Source: Candidatus Saccharimonadota bacterium
Lineage (GTDB): Bacteria > Patescibacteriota > Gracilibacteria > BD1-5 > UBA6164
Length of the DNA stretch: 32,000 nt
Assembly (NCBI GenBank): GCA_963677765.1
Contig: OY782392.1
Span: 150,001 to 182,000 of the forward strand
Direction: 5' to 3'
In this document: in pieces, positions 12,340-21,780 of the stretch
Layout: each line of letters begins with the position of its first letter
How positions within the stretch are numbered: position 1 is the first letter of the stretch
Made by a program: the position numbers and the translations under genes
Notes under the pieces: generated by a model
Databases searched by the model: none
Told to the model about the DNA's origin: nothing
The model's input: the letters and a program-made list of their open reading frames with translations, nothing else

Positions 12340-13062
12340 TTATTTATTATCATCATTTTCTTCGTCTTCTTCGTCTTCGTCATCTTCTTCATCATCATCT
12401 GAGTCATCTTCGTCTTCATCGTTATCATCTTCTGAATTAGAGTCTTCATCTTCCATTACATCATCTCACATAACATCTTCTAATACTTCTTCCAAAGTAG
12501 TATCATCAGAGTTTTCATAAACCTCTTGTAATCTATCATCTATTTTTGTTTGTAAGTCTAACAATACAGCTTCAATCAAAGCTCTAGTTTCTTCATTTGA
12601 TATATTTTCTAGATCAAGCATCACCCTATCTATTTTTTCACTAGTATTTTTTAACCAGTTAACATTATTTATAGCAGAAACTTTTTTATCTAAGATTTTT
12701 TGAGCTCATACAAATTGTGCTCTTTTTTTCTCACTGATATTTTCTACTCTTTGTTTGATTTTAGAAGCTCTTTCTTCTTTTTTTTGTTCTAATAATTCTT
12801 TTCTTGCTTCTATAGCTTGTTTAACTTTTGCTGCTCTATCTTTACCTTTTAGTTGGTTTTCAGGAGTACAAGAGTCATCACTATCATCACAATCATTATC
12901 AACTCAATTTCTACTAGGTTTGTTAGATCTACTAGAATTATAATCACTAGATGTAGATTCTATACTAGTAGTTGTAGTTTCTTGAGTTTCATCTTCTGCA
13001 TTTGCAACTCATGTAGCAACAAAAAACAATGAAACCAATAATAAAGAAATTGCTTTTTTCAT
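12340..13062 (-). CDS. Secreted acidic coiled-coil protein B with a poly-Asp/Glu C-terminal tail
   Basis: ATG at 13062 (MKKAISLLLVSLFFVATgVANAEDETQETTTTS...RNgVDNDCDDSDDSCTPENQLKGKDRAAKVKQAIEARKELLEQKKEERASKIKQ...EDEDSNSEDDNDEDEDDSDDDEEDDEDEEDEENDDNK). TAA at 12342-12340. Confidence 0.65.
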
Positions 13063-13133
13063 AATAAAAAATAGTTATTATATAATATAAGAACATTTTT
13101 TATTATAATTAAGATAGAACATATATCAAAATA

Positions 13134-13175
13134 AAAAGTTAATTAAAAATTGATTAATTAACTTTTTATTTTTTA
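13134..13175 (-). terminator. Hairpin terminator downstream of secreted protein C
   Basis: aaagttaattaa (13135-13146) / ttaattaacttt (13154-13165), flanked by A and T runs. Confidence 0.6.
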
Positions 13176-13181
13176 GATATA

Positions 13182-14168
13182 TTATCTAGATTTTAATTCT
13201 TTTTTTAATAACTCTTTTACAAAAATAAACTGAGTCATTTTTTTCTTTATAACACTTATTTCCCTTTTAGGTAAAAGGTATTCATCAATCATTTTATCAA
13301 CTCTATCTATTGCTCTAGTTAAAACATCAACTGAAACATTATCTAGTTTTTTTAGAAGAATATCTTCATAAGACATATATTTTTTGTAAGATATTATATC
13401 TACAAAATTATTACATTGTCATGTATACAAAACAGGATTATCTCAAGCCATACATGAGTTAGAAAAAGTTTGTTGTACAGGATAACATGGAGCTTTTATA
13501 CATTGAACTTGTACTTCTGCACATACAGGAGCATATTCCATAGTACAAACTTTGTTTTCGATAGGTTCTTTAGATGATTCCATATGTTTTTTTACTTCAT
13601 CCAAAGTAAGTGTTACAACTCAAGTAACATGACCATCTTCATATTCTACTACTATATTGTTATCACTATGCCATTTTACTGACAATACATACCAAGTTCA
13701 TCATAAAACTGGTTTTTCATATGTAAGAGATGATATATTTTTTCTAATATATTTTATATATTCCATTTTGTATTCACTATATTTGATTGATTCGATTTTT
13801 TCTTCATCATATCACATACATGAATAAGCTAGATTTCATCCTTCTCAATAAATATCTTCACAATACATTTCTGTTGAATTAGAAAATTCTCAATCAGAAA
13901 TCCAGATATTATTACATCAATCAGTTGCCAAACTACAAAAATCTCATTCAATAGATAAAAAATCCTCTTTAGATGAATAAGTTTTTGCTTTTGTATAGTC
14001 TATAGTATGGTCACATGTATTGTCTTTTTCACAATCATTTATTCAGTCAAAATCCAAATCCCAACTTTGATGCATTACTCCAGCATCACTATAATCAGAA
14101 GCATTAGAAAAAGATGGAAAAAATACAAACAAAGAAAAAATCAAAAAACTAAAAGCTATTTTTTTCAT
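13182..14168 (-). CDS. Secreted Cys-rich protein C (paralogue of A) with an extra insert and a 6-Cys Kazal-like variant
   Basis: ATG at 14168 ([64 protein letters not shown]...YCEDIYgEGgNLAYSCMgYDEEKIE...). Kazal-like VCTMEYAPVCAEVQVQCIKAPCYPVQQTFSNSCMAgDNPVLYTgQC at 13413..13547. Same frame as the listed ORF 13182..13376. TAA at 13184-13182. Confidence 0.72.
13981..14075. repeat. Nucleotide-level repeat copy 2 (N-terminal module of paralogue C)
   Basis: See 11949..12044. I aligned the two by eye; most differences fall at third codon positions. Confidence 0.7.
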
Positions 14169-14190
14169 ATAGATAAATACTTAAAAAATA

Positions 14191-14278
14191 ATATATTATT
14201 ATTGTATTTATTATAACGAAAAAATTAAATGAAAGTGACATTTTTTAACAAAAAAAATATATTATTATTGTTTATAAC
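14191..14278. repeat. Direct repeat atatattattattg-t(n)ttataac in the divergent C/ugd intergenic region (14191..14217 and 14257..14278)
   Basis: A 14-nt exact match plus a shared ttataac end, in the same orientation. It could be operator-like or a chance match in AT-rich DNA. Confidence 0.3.
14210..14241 (-). promoter_or_regulatory. Conserved upstream element of protein C: (A)TGTCAC-N13-TTTCGT followed directly by TATAAT
   Basis: Plus strand shows attata at 14210-14215 (TATAAT on the minus strand), aacga at 14215-14219 and gtgaca at 14235-14240. Geometry matches 12249..12281. Confidence 0.4.
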
Positions 14279-14326
14279 ATATTTTTTATTATATTTAATT
14301 TAATTATATATATAAAAATAAATAAT

Positions 14327-15643
14327 ATGAAAATTTGAGTAATATGAACAGGTTATGTATGACTTATTCAAGCTGTATGACTTAGTGATTTATGACATGA
14401 AGTAATTGCAATAGATGTTTTTCAAGATAAAATAGATCAATTAAACAAATGAATACCTACAATCTACGAAGATTGATTAGAAGAATTATTACAAAAAACA
14501 TATAAAAAAATTGATTTCTCTATAGATAAATCAAAACTTGTATGATGTGATATAATATTTCTTTGTGTTGGAACTCCTCAAGATGACACTTGAAAAACTG
14601 ATTTAACTTACATTAAACAAGCATCAAAAGAACTATCAAAAATACTTAAATGAGATGAAATAATAGTTGTAAAATCAACAGTGCCAGTATGAACAAATGA
14701 AATGGTATTTGATATATTGTGATGAAAAAATCCAGTAGCATCAAATCCAGAATTCTTAAGAGAATGACTTGCTATACATGACTTTTATAATCCTGATAGA
14801 GTTGTTTTAGGTTTTAAATCATGAGAAAAACAAGAAGTTATAGAAAAACTATCAAGTATTTATGATATTTTTAAAGATAAATGAGCAGAGATTTTCAGAA
14901 CAGATTGGCAAACAGCAGAGCTTATAAAATATGCTGCTAATAGTTTTCTAGCAACAAAAATAACTTTTATAAATGAAGTTGCTAGACTTGCTGATAAAGT
15001 ATGAGCAAATGTAGTAGATGTAGCAAAAGCAATATGAATGGATCCTCGTATTGGAGATAAATTTTTAAATGCTTGAATTTGATATGGTTGAAGCTGTTTT
15101 CCAAAAGATGTAAAATCTTTAATTCATCAATTTTGAGAAAATAATCTAGAATGAGAAATAATTAAAAAAGTAGATGAAACAAACTCTTCACAAGTTGAAT
15201 ACTTCTTACAAAAAATATTCAATAAATATTGAGAAGATTTAACATGAAAAACATTTGGTATAATGTGAGTAGCATTTAAACCTGATACAGATGATTTAAG
15301 AGAATCAAGAGCTTTAATAATAATAAATAAATTATTAGAAGCTTGAGCAAGTTTAAAAGTATTTGATTATAATTCTAAAGCTAGAGAAAATTTTAAAACA
15401 TATATAAATGCAAAAGAATTATCTACTAGTAGATGAACTGTAAAAGTAAAAACATATGAAGATTTTTCTAATATAATAAATGAAGTAGATTCATTAATAA
15501 TAACACTAGAAGATAAAAGAATACTAGAAGAAAATATAGAAAATAACTCTATAAAAGATAAAATAATTTTTGATGGTAAAAATATACTAAATAGAAATAT
15601 TATAAAAAATATGTGAATTAATTACATATGAATATGATATTAA
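14327..15643 (+). CDS. ugd: UDP-glucose 6-dehydrogenase
   Basis: [55 protein letters not shown]...[10 protein letters not shown]...[23 protein letters not shown]...[28 protein letters not shown]...YGgSCFPKDV...[14 protein letters not shown] at 14336, 14345 and 14360 supplies the Rossmann glycines. TAA at 15641-15643. Confidence 0.92.
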
Positions 15644-15644
15644 T

Positions 15645-15677
15645 AAAAAAGACTAATTTGTAATTAGTCTTTTTTTA
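15645..15677 (+). terminator. Rho-independent terminator after ugd
   Basis: agactaatt (15650-15658) / aattagtct (15662-15670) plus a T-tract at 15671-15676. Confidence 0.7.
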
Positions 15678-15712
15678 TATAAAATTCTTATAAAATATTT
15701 TAAAAACTATAT

Positions 15713-16960
15713 ATGCTGTTAAAAACATTAAATGAAATAAAGTACATAATATGATTAAAACCTGTAAAAGATGCTCTATGGAATTTTTGAGCATATTTTA
15801 TAGTAATATTTTCTTGAATAATAACTTCTAGTATATTAGCAAAAAATATAAATCCTGATGAGTATTGAATGATAGGGTTAATTATAGGTATAGTATGATT
15901 ACTTGCTAGCTTTATATGATTTGGGTATTTTGAATGATATTGATTAACTCTTCTAAAAGAAGAAAATAAAGAAAAACAAAAAGAGCTCATATGAACATGA
16001 CTAATTATTATGATGGCTTTAATATTAATATTTTTTTTATTAATAATTTTATCATTACCATTAATAAATTTAATATATAAAAATATAGAAATTACAAAAA
16101 CTATTTTATATACTAGTATAGTTTCTTCATTTAGTATATCTACTATATTTATAATGAATACTACAAAGTATTTATGAAAAATGAAGTGGCAAGCCTTCTA
16201 TAGTCTAATACAACCAACTATATACCTAATATGAGTTATATCACTTTTTATATTAGACTTATTGAAATTTGAATATGTAATTACTATTAGTTATCTAGCA
16301 ATAATTATATGACTTATAATAATTAGTATATTTCTAAAACCAAATTTCAAAAATATAAAAGAAAATTATTATAAAATAAAAGATAAACAAAAAAAAGAAG
16401 GTTGGCATATATATATATGACAAAGTTTTGAAAGAGCTACATTTAAATTAGATACAGTTATAATTTGAATATTTAATACAACTAGTGTTGCATTTTATAC
16501 TTTATGAAATATGTTAATTCAACCTATTTGAATATTTTCAAGCAAATTAACTGATAGCTTAGTAAGAGATTTAAATAAAAAAGAAAGAATACCTAATAAA
16601 ATATTTATTTATAATTTTTTATGGTGGCTAACAAATAGTATTATTCTATTATTAATATCGAAATATATTATATTATTTTTATGGACTAGTGAATATTTAA
16701 TAATTTTAGATTTTTTAGTCTTATTATTATTTATTCCATTAACTAGAAATTTCTACTATATAATTTACATATTTCTTAATATAAAAAATAAAAATAAAGA
16801 TTTAAAAAAGTATTTTTATATAAGGTCAATTATTAACTTATTTTGAAATATTATATTAATACCATTATTATGAATAAAATGAGCAATTATTGCAACTTTA
16901 TTATCAAATATAGTTTTTTGAATATGATGTTTTATTGAATATAAAAAATTAAAAAATTAA
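15713..16960 (+). CDS. Second MOP-type (Wzx-like) oligosaccharide flippase, 415 codons
   Basis: ATG at 15713 (MLLKTLNEIKYIIgLKPVKDALWNFgAYFIVIFSgIITSSILAKNINPDEYgMIGLIIGIVgLLASFIgFGYFEgYgL...LIPLLgIKgAIIATLLSNIVFgIgCFIEYKKLKN). Completely invisible in the standard-code track. TAA at 16958-16960. Confidence 0.65.
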
Positions 16961-17400
16961 ACTTTATTTTTTATAACTTTTGCTGGGACTCAAACTGCTA
17001 TAGAGTTTTTAGGTATATCACTTATAACAACTGAACCTGCTCAAATTACTGAATTATCTCATATAGTCACATTTCATAATACAATAACATTAGCTCATAA
17101 TTCTACATTATTTCATATTTTTGGAAAAACAAATTCTTCCCTATTTTTTCTACCTATAGTAGTATTTTGTCTTATAATTGTATTATCTCAAATTTCACAT
17201 GGTCATAATATAATTCATATAAAATGAGTGAAAGTTACATTTTCTCATATTTTAACATTATAATATATATCAACCTTAAAAATAAAATTTATTAATCATT
17301 TAATATTTTTTGCTAAAAAAATATTAAATTTATTATTAGAATTATACAATGGTTCAATTATTTTTTTTAATATGAATAAATAAATTCTTGCTTCTCTCAT
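16957..17400 (-). CDS. Left-handed beta-helix (hexapeptide-repeat) O-acetyltransferase, WcaB/CysE-like
   Basis: MREARIYLFILKKIIEPLYNSNNKFNIFLAKNIKgLINFIFKVDIYYNVKIgENVTFTHFIgIILgPCEIgDNTIIRQNTTIGRKN...PKIgNNVELgANVIVLgNVTIgDNSVIgAGSVVISDIPKNSIAVgVPAKVIKNKV. Its stop at 16957-16959 overlaps the convergent flippase stop by 2 nt (gene ends overlap 4 nt). Confidence 0.78.
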
Positions 17401-17410
17401 TATTATTAAT

Positions 17411-18142
17411 TTAAATATTATTATTCTTAAAATAAAGTTGATCTAATAAAAAAATAGTATTAAAAGTTTTTGCTTTTATATAGTATCATTTATCTAATAG
17501 AAACTTAATTGTTTTATCATTAAATATATTCTTAACATCTTCAGACCATATTTCAATTAAAATTACTTTTGGTCTAAATTTAAACCAATCATTTGAAATA
17601 ACAACATTATATTCTAATCACTCAACATCAATAGAAATAAAGTCTATTTCTTTTATATTATATTTTTCTAAAAGAAAATCTAATCTTAAGACTTCTATAT
17701 CTAATTCTCTAATTAATTTAGCATTATCAAATTTTTTTAAAGCTCTAACTTTTGAATGAACTGAAAAAGTATTTAAAGCTGGCTTATTAAACATATAGTA
17801 ATTTAAAATTCATGCTGAATTTGAAATTGCATACTCTAAATTTATATCTTTTTTTCTATACTTATCAAATAATTTTTTAGTTCATGGTAGTGGGTCAATA
17901 TTAATTCAATTCCATCATTTTTTATAAAAATGATAAGTATTTGAAATTTTTTTAGGATGATGAGCTCATATATCAATGTAAAATCATTTTCTTTTATTTC
18001 AAAAAATTTTTTTTAAAATCATATCTTCTCACTCTTGAGCATAAGAATTATTTTTATAAGATAAAAATAATTCTCTTTCTTTTAAAAATTCTAAAAAAGG
18101 TTTATAAAAACTTTTATAAATTTTTTCTTTTATTTTAATCAT
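17411..18142 (-). CDS. FkbM-family SAM-dependent methyltransferase
   Basis: MIKIKEKIYKSFYKPFLEFLKERELF...QEgEDMILKKIFgNKRKgFYIDIgAHHPKKISNTYHFYKKgWNgINIDPLPgTKKLFDKYRKKD...IDFISIDVEgLEYNVV. Start lies 1 nt after the upstream stop. Confidence 0.75.
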
Positions 18143-18143
18143 A

Positions 18144-20072
18144 TTATTTTTTTATTAAAAACCTAAATCTTCATATATTTATATAAATTTTACATAACCA
18201 TCAAACTAAAAAAACTTTAATATTATTAAATAATCAAAACTTTAATTTTTTAATAATCATAATTGGTGGTAAAAATCAAACTAATATTTTTATTATATAA
18301 AAAATTAATCATTTATTTTTACTCTTCCAAATAGGTATTTGTCAAAAACCAACACGAATATTCTTTTCAAATAATTCTATTTTATCTCTCGTAGGATGAT
18401 TAACTATAGTATTTTTTGAATAATATAAATTAAATTTTGCCTTAGTTGCTCTAGATGTCCAAGTAGTATCTCAACCAGATTTTACATTATCTGGAAAAAG
18501 TCAAACTTTATCAAAAACATATTTATAAGAAAAAAGATTTGCTGTTGCAGCTTCTCATCTCAAAAACTTTTCATACTGCTGAATATTATTTATTGAATCA
18601 AAAATCTCATAAGGATTATTTTCATCAGTAAATATAAAATCTACTTTTCATGAAAGTAAATCAGAATTATTTTCAATAATTCATTTAACTCAATTTTCTA
18701 TCCATTCTTTTATTGGTTGACAATCAGAATCTATAAAAGCTATTATTTCTCATTTTGCTTCTTTTAGTCATTTATTTCTAGCAGCATAAGAACTTTGTAT
18801 TTTATCTTCTAGTAAAAAAATAACATTTGGAAATAACTCATGTAAATCCTTTATGTTGTCTGTTGAATTATTATCAATAACTATAATTTCATATTTATCT
18901 TTTGGATATGATTGGCTAGAAAGTAAATCTAAACAGATTTTTAATCTTTCTGAGTCATTATAAACTGGTAAAATAACTGAAACAAAAGGTTTTTCTGAAT
19001 TTAAAAAATTATCTAAATCTAGATCTATATTTTTTAACCTTGTAGCTTCATATAACCTAGCACTTAATGTTTCAGAATCTTTAGTATTTTTTGATAATAA
19101 ATTTTTCTCAAAATCATAATTTCTAATAAATTGCTTTTCTAGCCAATATTTTTGTTTTTCTTCACTATTTGGAAAAAAAGTTTGCAAAATATAAGCTGCT
19201 TCAATTCATACTACATTATAATCAAATCAATATTTATTATTTTCTAATCATTTTTCAAATTTTTCAGTTTTTAAAAAATTTAAAGATTTTTTAAACTTTT
19301 CAGAAATCCAAAAATCAATTTCTGGATAATTTTCTTTTAATATTCAAAAAGCATATAAATTAAAAGTATGATAACCTATAGCTTTATGAGTATCTTTTTT
19401 ATTATTTTTTGTTTTACTTAAAATTCTATGTAATATTTTATTTATTCAATTTATGTCAAAAGTTATTTGTGCAATTGGATGCCAAATTAGTCAATTATTA
19501 TATATATCAAAATTCTTATTTAACATTTTTATGAATCTTTGTACTTGTTTATGAATTTCTATGTGTTTTTTATCAAACATACTTCATATAACAGCAAACC
19601 AAAGCTGATGATTAAAAGTCCAATCTATTCAAATACCCCTTCAATCAATTTCTCTACGCTCCCATAATCATAAATTATAATCAAATTTATGATTTAAAAA
19701 TATTTTAGAAGCAAGGTCTTCTAAATCTTTTTTTCACAATTCCTTTGATAAAAACAATAAAGATTCAATACTCCATGCTGGTCAAATTGTTCAATTGCAT
19801 TTATCTCTATTTTCAAAAGTTCTATGATGAAAATTAAATTCAGGTTTATTTTGAAAAACAAAATCAGCTATTTTTTTTGATGCTTCTAAAAATTCTTCAT
19901 CATTTGAAATTTTATATGCTTTCAAAAAAATGATAGACCAATGAAAAGTATTTCTTAAATTAGTTTCAGGATGATAATAAGGTCAATTATGTCATGATGG
20001 CATACTACCATCATTATTTTGTTTTTTTAATCATTCATATGCTGAATCTAAAATAATATCATATAATTTCAT
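18144..20072 (-). CDS. Fusion protein: about 330-aa N-terminal W/H-rich helical domain of unknown function + GT2 glycosyltransferase + C-terminal hydrophobic segment (642 codons)
   Basis: ATG at 20072 (MKLYDIILDSAYEgLKKQNNDGSMPSgHNgPYYHPETNLRNTFHWSIIFLKAY...). GT2 part KPFVSVILPVYNDSERLKICLDLLSSQSYPKDKYEIIVIDNNSTDN...AARNKgLKEAKgEIIAFIDSDC. Tail LVgFLPPIMIIKKLKFgLF. Same frame as the listed ORF 18768..19187. TAA at 18146-18144. Confidence 0.7.
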
Positions 20073-20079
20073 ATCTTAA

Positions 20080-20883
20080 TTAAGGAATTAATAAATAAAT
20101 TCTTTTTCAAAAAACTTTTCAAATAAAATATTTTAAAAATAAATAATTAAATCTAATAAAATTATAAAAATATAAATTATTTTTCTTATATTCTAATTTA
20201 TATTTTAGATATAGATATCTTGTTCAACTTAATTTTTTATTAAAATTAAAACTTATCTGATTTTCTGACTCATATTGTAAAGCAATAACCTTATTAATAT
20301 AATCAAAATTATAATATTTACTAATTTGAATCATTAAATCATATTCTTGATTTGATTCAAGTTTTTCATCAAAACTAACTTTTTCAAATACTTCTTTTTT
20401 TATAAGCATTTGTTGAGTACCACTTACACAATATCATTTCAATAAATCTTTATAAATATAACCTTGCTTTCTATTTTTTTTAACTTCATTTATATCGCTT
20501 CTTTTATACTCTACATCTCAAGTAACTACTCAAAGATTTTTTATATTAGAAGTTCTAAACTTTTCTAATTGTAATTCTATCTTTTCTGGTAATAGTTCAT
20601 CATCATCATCTAGAAAGTTGATATATTCACCTTTTGATAATTTTATTCAATTATTTCTACTAACACATGATCAAGAATTAATTTTATTTTTATAATACTT
20701 CAACCTAGAGTCATTTATATTTTCTACAACTTCTTGAGTATTATCAGTTGAGCAATCATCTATTATCAATATTTCTATATTTTTATAAGTTTGATTTAAG
20801 CATGATTCAATAGCTCTAGTTATATATTTCGCTCTATTATAGGTCGGTATTATTATAGTTACTAAGGGGGCTTTATTTTGCAT
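20080..20883 (-). CDS. GT2-family glycosyltransferase (267 codons if TGA 20224-20226 is read as Gly)
   Basis: MQNKAPLVTIIIPTYNRAKYITRAIESCLNQTYKNIEILIIDDCSTDNT...NSgSCVSRNNgIKLSKGEYINFLDDDDELLPEKIELQLEKF. Joins the listed ORFs 20671..20883 and 20224..20409; I checked every codon between them. The first TAA is at 20082-20080, 7 nt before the next start. Confidence 0.72.
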
Positions 20884-21694
20884 TTTTATACTCTAATATT
20901 TTAAATAACTTAAGTATTACACTATTTGGAAATATAGTAATTATTTTTAATAAGTTATGATAAATAAAACTATTTATATTAAAATACTTTTTTTTATAAA
21001 TATATTTACTTTGTATTTTTATAGTATTTTTTAGTGTTAGTTTGAGATGTTTACTTTTTCATTGTCATTCAAAAACTCTATATTTTATAAGATAATCATC
21101 TATATTTGTAAGCTTATATCACAAATCAAAAAATCTAAACCATAGTTCATAATCCTGACACCTTTCAAAATCTATATTATAATATCAAACTTTTAAAAGA
21201 TCTATTTTTCTAATCATAACTGAAGGTTGTGCAAAAGGAGATTTTTTTAATATAGAGCTTGAAACTTTTTTAAAATTATTTGGATATTTTCTATATCAAA
21301 TAACTTCTGAATTATAATCAATAATTTCAATAGATCATCATAATACTGAAATATCTTTATTTTTTTCTAAGAATTGATATTGTTTTAATAATCTATCTGG
21401 GTTACTAATATCATCTGCATCCATTATAGCTATATATTTTGAAGAATTATCTACTTTTTTAAATAACTCATTTCTTGTTTTTACAACTCAAATATTATAT
21501 TTATTTTTGTAAACTTTAACTCTACTATCTTTTTCAGAGTACTCTTTGCATATATTATATGTATTATCACTTGAACAATCATCTATTATTATAAATTCAT
21601 AATCAGAAAAAGTCTGAGATAATATACTAGATATAGCTTCTCAGACATATTTTTCAGTATTGTAAACAGGCATAACAACAGAAACCTTAAACAT
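20873..21694 (-). CDS. GT2-family glycosyltransferase (273 codons)
   Basis: MFKVSVVMPVYNTEKYVgEAISSILSQTFSDYEFIIIDDCSSDNTYNICKEYSEKDSRVKVYKNKYNIgVVKTRNELF...AIMDADDISNPDRLLKQYQFLEKN. Its TAA at 20875-20873 overlaps the next gene's start by 11 nt. Confidence 0.8.
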
Positions 21695-21732
21695 GATTTT
21701 TTTTAATAGATATATTTATATATATAATATAA

Positions 21733-21770
21733 TAAAAAAAAGATTAATTAATAATTTAAATAATCTTTTT
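21733..21770 (-). terminator. Terminator downstream of gpsA
   Basis: aaagatta / taatcttt stem, with a T-tract on the minus-strand transcript (A-run at 21733-21740). Confidence 0.55.
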
Positions 21771-21780
21771 TGTTAAAAAC

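Noticed and set aside
12350-12450. Triplet-repetitive tract as a non-coding tandem repeat or CRISPR-like array
   Set aside because: It is in frame within gene B and encodes the D/E tail. There is no repeat-spacer organisation.
15700-15990. Listed 96-aa minus-strand ORF (MSSFCFSLFSS...)
   Set aside because: It is antisense to the N-terminal third of the table-25 flippase gene 15713..16960, whose translation (ALWNFgAYFIVIFSgIITSSILAKNINPDEYgMIGL...) is a typical flippase N-terminus. The minus ORF has no family resemblance.
20224-20226. TGA as a genuine stop of the GT2 gene
   Set aside because: Provisionally rejected. Everywhere else TGA is sense, and read-through restores operon-typical spacing. 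It is kept as an open question in the findings.
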